Counted from the first letter of the stretch, positions 51,801-63,238 are shown. The stretch is DNA of 64,000 nucleotides from Macrostomum lignano (GCA_002269645.1 NIVC01000522.1:124001-188000), one strand, 5' to 3'. Numbers and translations: made by a program. The notes: generated by a model from the sequence alone, not told the origin.

Positions 51801-53411
51801 TGTATTTATGCAAACATAATGCTAGCAGGAATTCAAACGCAGAATCTGCCCAACCTCATTGGTATCAAGAAACCTGCCAATTTCCAAGAAAACTTATTCC
51901 ACCTACATCTCACTATCACTATTCTATGACCATAGTCAACATCATGTCAAATGTGTGCTAGAACATTTTTTAGATAAAAAAGATGTGTCCCATACATTAA
52001 TAAAGAGATTTACCATGTGCCAAGTTTCAGTCAATTTTAATATGCACCAAATCAAATGTACTTTTTGTAATATCACTTTTTTAAACTATTTTCCTTATTA
52101 AAGTATTTAAAGAATTAAAATAACATAGACAATAAATGATTTAAAATTAAAAAAATGGTTGTATTCAAGTAGTAAAAGTTTTAAAATAGGGCCCCTACTT
52201 AAATTTTATCTTTGAAATTAGTTTGATAAAAGATTTTTAATTTCAATATACATTTTGTTATTTGATAAGTGCGCTCTATATTATAAACATCACATAGCCT
52301 ACTTTATATTGTACTACTGCATTGCAAACTGCCATAGTCAGGAAGGTGGCAAGTGCACGCGGGAATCAATTTATGGAAAAATCCTTGGTGCACGCCAATG
52401 TATGCCAATTTTTTAAAACCCTTAACATGACGTTTCTGTTGCACGCCAAAAATCTTAATACCAAAAATCACGTGCCTCGTGTACGTGTGATTTGAATATT
52501 AACCGTATTAGATACTATTTTTAAATAAATTTTCTACTTATGTTAAGCAAAGTTTATATAAAAAAAGGAAATTCGCTACAAAGAACATAGTGAGTATCAA
52601 AAACTTTTTCTACACATTTCAAGAAACAAATAAACTAAAAGTCTACAAGAGTCACAAAATAAGAGCGTTTAAAAGTTATTGGATATTTTAATTTTAATGT
52701 AGGCTGTAGAGTGTAGGCCTGGCTGTAGGCTAGGCTGTAGCCTCAACTAGTTGGTTTAATCAATATTCAAATTCAATTGTTCACGTTTAACTTTATATAT
52801 TGTATATATATAGTATATACATCTATATCTGACTTGTTGATATACTGTCAGTTTGTAATTGCACACCAAGGTTATACGCCAAGTAAAAAACTTGTACGCT
52901 GAAAATTTAGGCGTGGCTTGAGACCCCTATTTGCACACCAACTTTGCACACCAAAATTTTAGCGTGGCTTGTGCACGCGGGAAAATTCCCGCATGCAGGC
53001 CACCTTCCTGAGTATGGGCAAACTGCACTGCTTGCTATGTACTGATATATTGTACTGAAATAGCTTTTGTATGCTAGAATTTTCTAGGCAAAGGACATCA
53101 TATTTAGTGTGGTCACTATTAAAAAACAAATTGTGCTACTAAGTCTAACTAAAGTGCTTAAAACCAAAAGCATAAATTTTAGCCACAAAAGACACATATA
53201 GGCCCTAACTATATAGATTTAATAATAATAAATAATGAATGACCATTTCATGTAAAAAATAGGCCTACTAGCAATTTGAAAATAAACATTATCAATTCAA
53301 TATATAAATAATGAAATTCATTAGTCATTTATTCATGAGAAAAAGCTATATACTTACTCTCTTTTTTGCAGATGCAATTTTTTCAATTCGACTTTTCTCA
53401 GACATTTTCAT
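37596..53411 (-). CDS. GOLGA2: Golgin subfamily A member 2 (GM130), 9 exons, ~981 aa
   Basis: Exons 53411-53358, 43633-43183, 43055-42907, 42539-42327, 42273-42031, 41532-41098, 40660-40286, 39766-39266 and 38120-37596, all GT-AG and frame-consistent (2946 nt). Motifs [16 protein letters not shown]|[40 protein letters not shown] and C-terminal [11 protein letters not shown]. Confidence 0.88.
38141..39215. repeat. 20-bp minisatellite ATCATTTATTCACTCTATCA filling GOLGA2 intron 8
   Basis: Read directly. Drifts to ATCATGAAATCACTCAATCA at one end. Confidence 0.94.
39776..40247. repeat. Array of 16-bp palindromic repeats (C/T)CGATATGTATCGAAA with variable spacers in GOLGA2 intron 7
   Basis: Copies at 39776, 39843, 39895, 39955, 39995 (variant), 40077, 40117 (expanded loop) and 40232. 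Confidence 0.88.
40757..41013 (+). repeat. 19-bp minisatellite TTGATGGTTGCTAGGCTGA (GOLGA2 intron 6)
   Basis: Read directly. Reverse complement of the 41636-41998 array. Confidence 0.92.
41636..41998 (-). repeat. 19-bp minisatellite TCAGCCTAGCAACCATCAA (GOLGA2 intron 5)
   Basis: Read directly. Inverted relative to 40757-41013. Confidence 0.92.
42590..42856. repeat. (GTCT)n microsatellite, GOLGA2 intron 3
   Basis: Read directly. Confidence 0.93.
43724..44520. repeat. 27/30-bp minisatellite GGCT(GT)GGCCCAGCAACTGAGGATCTGGGA
   Basis: Read directly. GOLGA2 intron 1. Confidence 0.93.
45051..45950. repeat. 24-bp minisatellite CTGCCTGACACCAATGAGCAGCCA
   Basis: Read directly. Confidence 0.94.
46150..46432. 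repeat. 21-bp minisatellite TCAGAATCTGCTGACGATTTG
   Basis: Read directly. Confidence 0.93.
46730..47142 (+). pseudogene. Decayed Polinton/Maverick-like polB-associated N-terminal fragment
   Basis: Across stops: [72 protein letters not shown]. This matches the remembered KKAIIN..CF.xA.LA.LH..Y..LN..GI.FP....E.QNP pattern of invertebrate Polinton-like polB ORFs. Confidence 0.55.
47990..49070 (+). mobile_element. Degenerate Ty3/Gypsy integrase region
   Basis: One frame with several stops: [76 protein letters not shown], then PGDLV-like LQPRDLVCL. Confidence 0.85.
52332..53017. mobile_element. Non-autonomous DNA transposon with 19-bp TIRs and 8-bp TSD
   Basis: CCATAGTCAGGAAGGTGGC ... GCCACCTTCCTGAGTATGG (18/19). 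Exact GCAAACTG at 52324-31 and 53018-25. Repeated subterminal GCAC(G/A)CCAA motifs. Confidence 0.85.
53358..53411 (-). CDS. GOLGA2: GOLGA2 first coding exon (basic p115-binding N-terminus)
   Basis: ATG AAA ATG TCT GAG...AAA AAG AGA|GTAAGT joins in phase 0 to ACAG|TTG CAA AAA at 43633, rebuilding the KxAxAKKxL..F motif of GM130. Confidence 0.8.
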
Positions 53412-56320
53412 AAGGTTTGTTAATCCAGCAGCTATTAAATGAGAAATGCAAAACTCTTTCCTAGTTGTAGTATGTTGTTTGTTTTGTTGGTAACCTATTA
53501 ATAAAATGTCTCAGTCTCACAAGGGCAATACCAAAAAAGTTGTCCAGGTCTATACTATTTTTAGCTTATGATAGGGCTATGTGCCATGATTTCTATCCAT
53601 CATAATGATCATAGTTAATTTATCAAGGTCAACAATCAAAGGATTTATAAAAGTTATGGACCTCAAGCTACTTTCTTTCACAGTTTACCTGAAAAAAATA
53701 TTCAAATTTTCAGGTTCACGTTAACCCCCAGAAACAGGAAAACTTGTGATCAAAATGTGATTTGCAGGTGGTTTCTACGAAATAATATTTTTGCTACGTA
53801 TTTTTAACTAGAAACTGTAATATACAATTAATATTTACAAAACTTTTTGCATGATAAAAGCTATAGGATGCCTTTTTTACTCGCTAAATTTACACATAGA
53901 AAATAGAGTTAGAAATTTTGTTATACCTATTTACCACAATCACAAGTAAGCAATACACAGACCGTATAGAACTGTCTTTTTCTCTTCCCGAAAAAGTAAT
54001 AAATATTAAAAAATTAATAAACGCTTTGTTTTATACCTTGCGACGGGCTTGCAATTTGTTTTCGAGAGCTTTGAATGACAAAAATGAAGCTTTTTTGGCT
54101 GAATTGAATTAGTCAAAAACTTTGCTTTGAGGCGCCAAAATGAGTGTACGGCGCCTAATATATTTGGTCTTGCTATACCTAAGCTTAATTTTTCTTGAAT
54201 CATGGTTCGTTCCTCTATCATAAATTCTATGGTCGTGACCCTGTCTGAATACATGTCCTCGTACATGTACACTTTCTAATACATACATGTAGAATTTTTT
54301 GTAGAACTTTTTAGCACATTCGATGGTTATGCTTGTTTATGCTTGTATGCTTGGTTATGATGGTTATCAGTTTCAACTTTAGGAAAACTGTGTAAAAACA
54401 CCAAGTCAAATAAAGATATATATGTATTGTGCGCGATTAGTGCAATTTTATCAAAAAAACAATAACAAAAGATACTGATTTGCACTTGCTACTCAGCATC
54501 ATAAAAATTATTTATTTAATCAGTAAAAATAGGTATTGTATTGTATTTTATTGTATACAATATCGTCCTATAGGGCCAGCAATGTAGACTAAAAAATTCT
54601 AACCAAAATGAAAGTCACGTCCGCCGCATGCGAAATTGCGAAGACATGACCGGTTAAAATATGTTGCAAAAAGTTGATCTGTTTTGCGCAGACAGAGCAC
54701 AATGTCGAATGCTATGCAATAACTAACTGTGAAAACATTTGATACGAATATCAACAAATAAAAGTATAAATGTCACTATTCTACGCCTGTCAACTGACAT
54801 TTATAATTTATTCCGCAAATTTAGGCACTTCGAGTTTTTTAAACAGCACAGATTGGCAAAGGTGAACAGTATGGACAGAGTATGCCAGCAGAGTAAATAA
54901 ACACAAAATTAGGGTAAGAAAGTATTTAAAAAAACAATTTTCAAATAGCCAGATAAACAATCGATTTCGAAAAGGAATGAAAACAGGAAAGTGCTAGCAG
55001 ACATGCAAGGGCTGGAGAAGGTAAAAAAGTACAAAAGGAACTAGACGATTGATATTTACAAAAAAATACAGAACACGTTACGCGGCTATAAAATCAAAGG
55101 ACACAGAGCCCTGGTGTTAGAGAAACAAAATAATGATTTAAATTCGCGCCAAAGCAAATGTTTTCTAAGAATTTTACTAATGAATGATTACTATTTGTAG
55201 CTGGAAAAATTCCGGATTTTGGCACGAATTTGAATTAAAAAATTGTCTGAAATAGAAAATTAAACGGCCAGCAGCGGCCTAGGCTCGATTCCAAGTGCAG
55301 CCACATTAATTCGGGGCTAAACTAGAATCTGGGCTTGCTTGTGCGTATGACTGCACACGAATCCGCGGGCTTGTATGCCTGCTCAGGGGAGTCGGCGGAA
55401 TGAGCAGCAATGTGCGACAATGTCGCCTAAAGTGTGCCAGGGTGCAAACAGCCCCTTTGCTCTAATCTAATACGCGGTGCCCGGATATTAGACCAACAAT
55501 AACGATTTAAATTCGCGCCAAATGAAACTACCGGTATTCTTTAAGAATTAAATGAATTCACGATCTTAATTAGAGTTAGGATATTCCGGGTTTTGGCACG
55601 AATTTAAATTTTTTTAAAACACTAAAAACTTAAAAAATTATTCGAGAGCGTCATTTTGCAAACCAAATCAACAATTTAACACATTCCTACAGATAGTTGA
55701 AAACGAATCAAAAAACGAACAAAATATAAAATTCCTGTTCAAAGACAGACGAACTACATGTACTACTAAAATCAGCGAAAAGCTCAGTAGTATCAACACA
55801 AACTACTGAAAAGTTTGAACACAAACTATAAAACTCGAAAATTTGTTAATTCGAAATTTATCAATAAGCCCTAGATAAACAAAGATTAAAAGCAACGAAC
55901 ATAAAATTTATATAAGTAAAATTGTGAAAAAAGTGAAAATTTAACCAACGAATGACAGTGCAAAAAAAGAATTATTTAGGGCAAAATGACATTTACGAGA
56001 GTGCCAGTTGAGATGCGCAATAAAATGATTAATGTAATGGCCTATTGTTACAAAAACATATACAATTACACAAACAGAACTAGCTAATAAAAAACTGATT
56101 GTTACAAAGCATGAAGATATTTTTAACTCAGGCACGCTCTCATACACTCGCTCCCACAGGGTGTACAGCACGGCCCTCTGACTTTCCAATCGTCAGGCAT
56201 GTACACTCTCTGTGCCTCCGGGGTCGGCCCTCACGGGTGCGAACAACTCATCGAGTAACTACTGTAAGTACAAGCATGCATAACAATAAGCACCAAGGCG
56301 CAAAGCAGGCGGCTCCCTCA

Positions 56321-59300
56321 TCACCATCTCAGCAGCCAGAATGTCAGGCCAGCTACAGCTGCCACGCCGACAGCCACTGCGAAGGCAGTCCGACCGACAC
56401 CGCCAGCTCCATCATCAGCTGCCAACTTCTGCCCGACACTGCCAGCTTCAGTTTTACCAGGCTCCGCTTTCTCTTCAGCTTCTTCATCAGCCAGCATCTT
56501 GGCCAGCTCATCGTCGGTGATGATCCGGTCTGACTCCGACTCGGTGGACGACAAGCTGTCAAGGATGTCCTGCTCAGTGCGGCCAGCAGCAGCTGCAGCG
56601 GCGGCAGCAGCAGCCGCCTGCGCTGGCCGCAAATCATCGGAAGACGAACTCGAAGACGACAGCAGCCGGACGGCATCGTCGCTGTTGGCACCAGTCGCCA
56701 CGTCGGCTGCGTCGACTCGGAACTCTAGCGAACCGGAATCGGCGTGCGCTAGGGTGACGGAGGCGACTGGCTGGGACAGGATGCGGCGGCCCGCCACTGC
56801 CACGGCTTCGTAGCAGAACCGCAGCTGGTCTGCAGTTTGCACCTGCGGTTGGGGTGCGGGTGGTTCTGGGGCAGACTGTCCGTCTGGCTTGTTGTGTCTC
56901 AGTGTCTGTCTCAGTGTCTGTCTCAGTGACTGTCTCAGTGTCTGTCTCAGTGACTGTCTCAGTGACTGTCTCAGTGTCTGTCTCAGTGTCTGTCTCAGTG
57001 ACTGTCTCAGTGACTGTCTAAGTGATTGTCTCAGTGTCTGTCTCAGTGACTGTCTCAGTGTCTGTCTCAGTGACTGTCTCAGTGTCTGTCTCAGTGACTG
57101 TCTCAGTGACTGTCTCAGTGACTGTCTAAGTGATTGTCTCAGTGTCTGTCTCAATGCCTGTCTCAATGCCTGTCTCAGTGTCTGTCTCAGTGTCTGTCTC
57201 AGTGTCTGTCTCAGTGTCTGTCTCAGTGTCTGTCTCAGTGTCTGTCTCAGTGTCTGTCTCAGTGTCTGTCTCAGTGTCTGTCTCAGTGTCCGTCTCAGTG
57301 ACTGTCTCAGTGTCTGTCTAAGTGACTGTCTGTGTCTGCCTCAGTGACTGTCTCAGTGTCTGTCTCAGTGCCTGCCTCAGTGTCTTTCTCAGTGACTGTC
57401 TCAGTGTCTGTCTCAGTGCCTGCCTCAGTGTCTCTCAGTGTCTGTCTCAGTGCCTGCCTGTGTCTCTCAATGTCTGCCTCAGTGTCTCAGTGTGTCCAGG
57501 AGCAGTTCTAGGGACACGCGGCACTCCCAAACTCACCAGTCCCATCCGATGACGCCGCAGCAACCGCAACTCGTGCCCCAGATCCACAGGCTGAGCAGCC
57601 GATGGATCATCCAGTTGCGCCGTCTCGCTAGCAGCAAGCAGCTGCCGGCAGCGCTGGGTGAGCAAAGCCAGGCACACGTCAACCAGAGCAAAGGTGCCAG
57701 TCCGCCCGATGCCAGCAGAGCAGTGTACAATGGGCGGCCGGTTCAGGCAGTCAGACAGCAGCCCGGCCCGCCTCACGGCCATCAGGAAGTTGAGAAAGGC
57801 TCCGGGGGTGTGCGGCACTCCAAAGTCTGGCCAGGTGAGGTACTGGAACTGCACCAGGTCCCGAGTCTCCCCGGTGGCAGTCAGGGTTAACAGGCACCTC
57901 CTAGTCAGATAGTAGCCATGGTTTTGTAGGTCAGCCAGTTCCACCGTCAGACCCTCAGCTGGGAAGTCCAGTTTGGGATGCCTCATATCCGGATAGTACT
58001 GGTGACACTTCACTGTGGCTTTCTCAACTAGCCGACTGAGCATCACGATGCCGGGGCTGTTGAGCTGCCAGGCCATCTGCCAGAAATGGCCGCTGGTCGA
58101 TGGCAGGGGGCCCTGGCGGAGAATCAGTGTGTAATATGCCGGTCATGAACGGCTGGCGACAGGGGAGAGAGAAGAAGGAGAAGAGGAATAGACGAGAAGG
58201 GAGAGGACAGCGAGAGCCATGGGAGAGATGAGAAGAGAAGAGAGGAGAGAGAAGGGAGAGGAGAAAGAAGAGAGAGAGAGAGAGGAGGGCGCCTCCAATC
58301 TCAGGCACCGACACGGTGAAAAGGACTAAAATAAGTCAATTTTATTTGAGTAGTCGATATTTCGAAATTATTAAATCTCTTCGTCAGGGCTGTAGGCGAG
58401 GAGAGAGAGAGAGAGGGGGGAGAGAGAGAAGGGAGGAGAAGGGAGGAGAAGGGAGAGAGAGAAGGGAGGAGAAGGGAGAGAGAGAAGGGAGGAGAAGGGA
58501 GAGGGAGAGAGAGAGGGAGAAGGGAGAGGAGAGGAGAGAGAAACGAGAGAAAGAAGGAGAGGAGAAAGAAGGAAGAGATGGAAGGGAAAGGGAGATGAAG
58601 AAGACAGGAGACAGAATAGGCAAGGTAACTGTAGTGAAAGCAGAAAAAAACAATGCAGGGCAAGCGCCCAGACTAGGCCTTGCCTGAGTCATAACGTAGG
58701 CCCGATCAGCGTGAGCGGCAGTGACCAGATTGGCATTGATGTAGTCGCACCATCCGTCTTCAACGCCAGCAGCGGATCCTAGCGGCAGCAGTCGCACCCG
58801 ACTGTGATCGTAGGGCAGCACGTCGCGATAGCGATTTCTCTGCCGGCTGGACAGCTCGCGAGCGGCCGCGATAGTGGCATCGGAGCTGGCCTCGCCGGCT
58901 TCGTTCCGGCCGCGTCGGTAGATTTCCTAAGCAAGTTTTAACGGATTTTCTTTATATTTCTACTATTAGTAGTGTTCCAAAGTAAAGTTCCTTATAATTA
59001 ATTCTATGCACATAAAATTCCCCTATTTTTACTCTAAGTAGAGTATCAAGAAAAATGCTAAGTATTTTTAATTTGTATTTTAAAACAGTATTTCTTGGGC
59101 AATACGCCAGGACTGGTTTCTGTCGGCCAATAATCTTTGTTTTGTTCTCATAATAGAATTTTAAGCGAATCTCTATAGTGTTTGCGCCAGGGTACCTGTA
59201 GCTTTCCTGCGAATATTGACTTTTTTCCTGCAGTGAATTCTACCCAATTGACTCCTTAAGAATTTATATGATAAAAGTTTTACACAGTACTGCATTGGCA

Positions 59301-60854
59301 GTTGAGGAGTACCAATAATTTGTCAACAGAGGAGCATAAGATGTCAGCTAATATTCTCGATACTTGGGATCCACACAGACATACAGAAATTCGGATTCGG
59401 ACAAATCTCATTTGAAGCAATTGTGGTCAGCCTTCCCATTTCCTGTCTTACATTCCAAGCATCGCGAGCGTCATTAACGGCCAAATCGCGAATGCACAAC
59501 GACAACAACGCTTCGGGATTTTGTATGGCATTCGACGGTCTGACGGTCGACGAGCCAGCCAGTTCGATTTCGTCGTCATCTTCCCCTTCGTCGTCGCTCT
59601 CCTCGCCGCTGTCGCCTCCGACGTTGCTATTATCGTCATCGTCATCTTCGTCGATATCGTCGTCGTCATGGTCACGCAGACGTCCAAGCGACAGAGGTTC
59701 CACGTCTGGAGGACGAGTCAGACCACCGCCGGTGGACCGACGCGGTAGTGGCAGATCCCACGATTGCAGATCGTCGTAATCGTCGTCTTCTTCGTCTTCA
59801 TCATCGGCGTCAGCTTTGATCACAAAATTGTCAGCGGTGTCTTTCACAGCTGCTTCTTTTTCAGTCGTTTCCTTTATGTCTTCTTCCACAGCAACGGTTT
59901 CTTTCACGTCTTCTTCCACAGCAACGGTTTCTTTGACGTCTTCTTCCGCAGCAACGGTTTGTTTGACGTTTTCTTCCGCAGCAATGGATTCTTTGACGTC
60001 TTCTTCCACAGCAACGGTTTCTTTGACGTCTTCTTCCACAGCAACGGTTTCTTTGACGTCCTCTTTTGCAGCAACGGTTTCTTTGACGTCTTCTTCTGCA
60101 GAAATGACTTCTTTGACTTCTTCGGCAGCCACGGATTTTTCGATGTTTTCATCTGTTTTGTTGACGTCTTCTTCGGCAGCAATGGCTACTTTGATCTCTT
60201 CTTTTTCTGGAGTGACAGTTTCTTTGACATCTGCTTCCACAGCGATGGTTGTTTCTTTGCAGTCTTCTTTAGCAGCAACGGTTACATTTATGTCTTCTGC
60301 CTCTACCGCAGCAGTTTTCCCGACGTCTTGTTCAACGGCAAAAGTTTCTTTAACCTCTGCCTCTGCCACGCAATCTTCTTCGATTACTTCCCCAGTGCCA
60401 GCTTCTTTGACATCTTCTGCTGCCGTAACAACTGTTTCTCTGACGCTGTTTTCTACTATCCCATCAGGTTCTTCAATGTCTTTCTCTTCCGCAGCAGCAT
60501 TCTCATTATCATTGCCCGCCTCAACGCTATCATCATTGCTATCTGTTAGCATCTGCTTCTCCTGGATGCTCGAATCAGCTAAGATACCTTCGGGTTGAGG
60601 TCTGCAAAAAATCAGTGAACAATTTAATTTTTTGAAGAAATGGAAATATTATGTAGCTTAATTATTCAGCTAAAAGAGTTGCGCACTCACTTGTTCACAC
60701 TGGTGAACTCCACACTCTGCTCAATATCATCAGCTAGAATTTGTACATTCTGAATGTCATTTTTGTCTGCAACACTGGCATTGGTGTCATTGTTATTAGC
60801 TGCGTTCACTGGCTCTGTTTGGCTCAGTGACGCTTGGACTTCTGTAGCATTCGA
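56321..60854 (-). CDS. PTPN1: Non-receptor tyrosine phosphatase, PTP1B/TC-PTP family, with C-terminal tail anchor and acidic N-terminal extension (5' end not located)
   Basis: Exons 60854-60691, 60601-59452, 58926-58684, 58112-57537 and 56842-56321. Motifs NRYRDVLPYDHSRV, DYINANLV, TQ|GPL, KCHQYYP, WPDFGVP, VHCSAGIGRTGTF, RMGL|VQTADQLRFCY and terminal TM FAVAVGVAAVAGLTFWLLRW. Catalytic exons are high confidence, upstream linkage moderate. PTPN1 and PTPN2 cannot be distinguished. Confidence 0.85.
56890..57490. repeat. 12-bp minisatellite GTCTCAGTG(T/A)CT filling the last PTP intron
   Basis: Read directly. Confidence 0.93.
58155..58620. repeat. GA-rich low-complexity tract inside the GC-AG PTP intron
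   Basis: Read directly. Confidence 0.88.
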
Positions 60855-62350
60855 CTGGAATATGAAGAAGGCAGAAATATTTTATGGCAAATAAAACTGT
60901 GTTGCAATGCTGTGCACCTGATCGAAATTCAAAACAGTCTGCATTAATCAGGTCACCATTTTACCTTACCTGTCACCAAATCTTGTTCTTATTGTCTTAT
61001 AACCTTTCTGCTTTCTCATTATCCCACCATGCTATCTATCCTCTGTTTCCAATTTTCTATATTCTCTTATTATTACTGTTGCTATTAAAAAGAAATATTT
61101 ACTTGTAATTTTATCAATATTTATGTTTACATTATATATATATAGGCCACATTGGCTTAGTTGGCTAGCAGTTGCACATAAATATATATGCCATTTTTAA
61201 ACAATTTTCTGCTTATTTGAATTGCATTAATTGTTTTATACAAATCATTAGCTTAAGTTGTCTCTATTAAACTTAGACAGCTAAATCTAAACATTTCAAT
61301 ATATATTTGTGTGACATTGTAAGTTTAAGGTGGTCCCGCAAAAGGGCCGTTGGACTACAATTTCTCATTTAACATTCGCCAATCTTGTATGCGCACATTT
61401 ACTTGTAGTAGCACCCAACAAATCTGTATCAATTGCTAATCATTGCGTACATTGTAATCTTTGCGTATGCCTGTAGGGTCTTTGCGCAATCAATACTTTC
61501 TGTTTTTGTTTTTTCCCTGCCAGCCAATGGAAACTCCGCGCATATATTATGCTAACCCTCCTGCGCTCCTTTATTAACCCCGCCTGGTGGCGGGCTGGGG
61601 GTTTTCACGCTCTCCTCCTCTTCTCTCTCCTTATCTCTCGCCACGGCCCGCTCTGTCTGGGCCAGACTTGTTTATGCCTTCTCTCTCTCTCTGCCTCACA
61701 CCACCACAGGCTAGCCACTTTTGCTAGGCCCTACTATGCTACTTTCCTATCTGCCAGTTTGCCACCGAAGGCTGCCACCACTGTCTACTCATTGCTATCG
61801 CTCTACTATTTGCATCACCTTCATCAATCTGCTCATCATCCTACTTAATCTATTAATTTCAAACCCATTGTTATAGCCGATAGCACCCCCGCGTGCCATA
61901 GCCTCTGTACTAACTTATTTGACAATTACAATAAACAAGCTACAGCCCTTACTTATCTTGCCGCTGAATTGCCAAGTGCTACCGCTACAAATCTACTCCG
62001 CCATTGTTGAGTTCACCATCCTTTTGGAACCTACAACTAAGAACGTCACAATTTGCTTGTATTTTACCAAAGCCAAATTTACTATAAAAAATTCTATATA
62101 GGGAGCCTATGTGGTAATGGGGCTACCTAGTGGGGTTGTATTTTGCATTTGTATTTTTCTCCTATGTTTGGCCTAATCCATCCTTAATAACAAGGATTTT
62201 GTCATCTCTTGTTCTAGGTTTGATCTTGTTGTTGGCTCTCCTTTGCCTTTTTGCTACAACTATCTGTGGCCCCATGGCATGCCCTAATTTCTACCCCATA
62301 ATGTGCCCAATGTGTTGGTAATTACTGTATTACCAACTAGTTAGTTATTA

Positions 62351-63238
62351 TACCTTTTCAAGCTCAACTTTGGCAAAAGTGACTTCAATTTTGGCAGCCC
62401 ATAGAAAAAGCATATGCCTGCTAGCAACATGTCTATGGTCAACTGTGGTAGAATTGGTTAAAGTGTGCATTCAACTTTGGCAAAAGTGAGCGAATTTTGG
62501 TAACACAATAAACTGAATGGAAAATGGTAACAAATGGACTAGGAAACAAGATTTAAGCACAAAACAAGATCCTTGCTGTCCACAAATTACAGCCAAACTC
62601 CTCCACATAGATGAGATTGTGTGCTAAGATGCTGGCTTCCATAAACCACTGCATGTGGTCGAAGCGCGCCGCCTTGGTGATATCCAAATTCTAGTGCTCA
62701 TGCACTCACTGAACATCCTTCAGCGTGATGTACAGAGTACAGTCCAGGTGACAGCTGATTGCCTGCACCGACACACCAGGTGTGCCTGGAAGTTTGGCTT
62801 CCATCTTTTCCTTCATCTCCCTCAACGTTATGGTGGGCTTCTCTTCAACAAACCAAGTCACAGCATTTAACATTAGTGGTGTAAATTTTGGCCTCATGGC
62901 TCCTCATTGCTTCAGCACAACGCGATCTTCAGTGACAAACCTGTGGATAATTGTATCAGCCGTGGTTCTCTTTATGTCGAGGTCCTTCGCCAGTCGTTTC
63001 TAGTCTCTTCCTTCTTGGTAGCTGCGCACTAGCCATTCTCAATCCTGCAGCAATATACGCACATTCGGCATCTTGTTTGGTTGAGTTGCCAAAATTTGTT
63101 CACTTTTGCCAAAGTTGAATGCACACTTTAACTGATTCTACTATAGTTGATCATAGACATGTTGCTGGCAGGCGTATGCTTTTTCTATGGGCCTCCAAAA
63201 TTGAAGTCATTTTTGCCAAAGTTGAGCTTGAAAAGTTA
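62351..63238 (-). mobile_element. Tc1/IS630-like transposon deletion derivative with ~165-bp TIRs
   Basis: The TIR CTTTTCAAGCTCAACTTTGGCAAAA... occurs at both ends with TA flanks. The minus frame from ATG 63071 has stops and gives an HTH region and LIYVEEFGCNLWTAR (first catalytic-acid region), then truncates. Confidence 0.82.

Noticed and set aside
54006-54272. 88-aa minus-strand ORF upstream of the GOLGA2 first exon
   Set aside because: No homology recognised and no frame-compatible splice link to the GM130 start.
56170-56210. Hammerhead ribozyme suggested by CUGACGA-UUG-GAAA on the minus strand (and CUGAUGG..GAAA at 21263)
   Set aside because: There is no stem III with a correctly placed NUH triplet, and the CUGAC segment pairs better with GUCAG as a simple hairpin.
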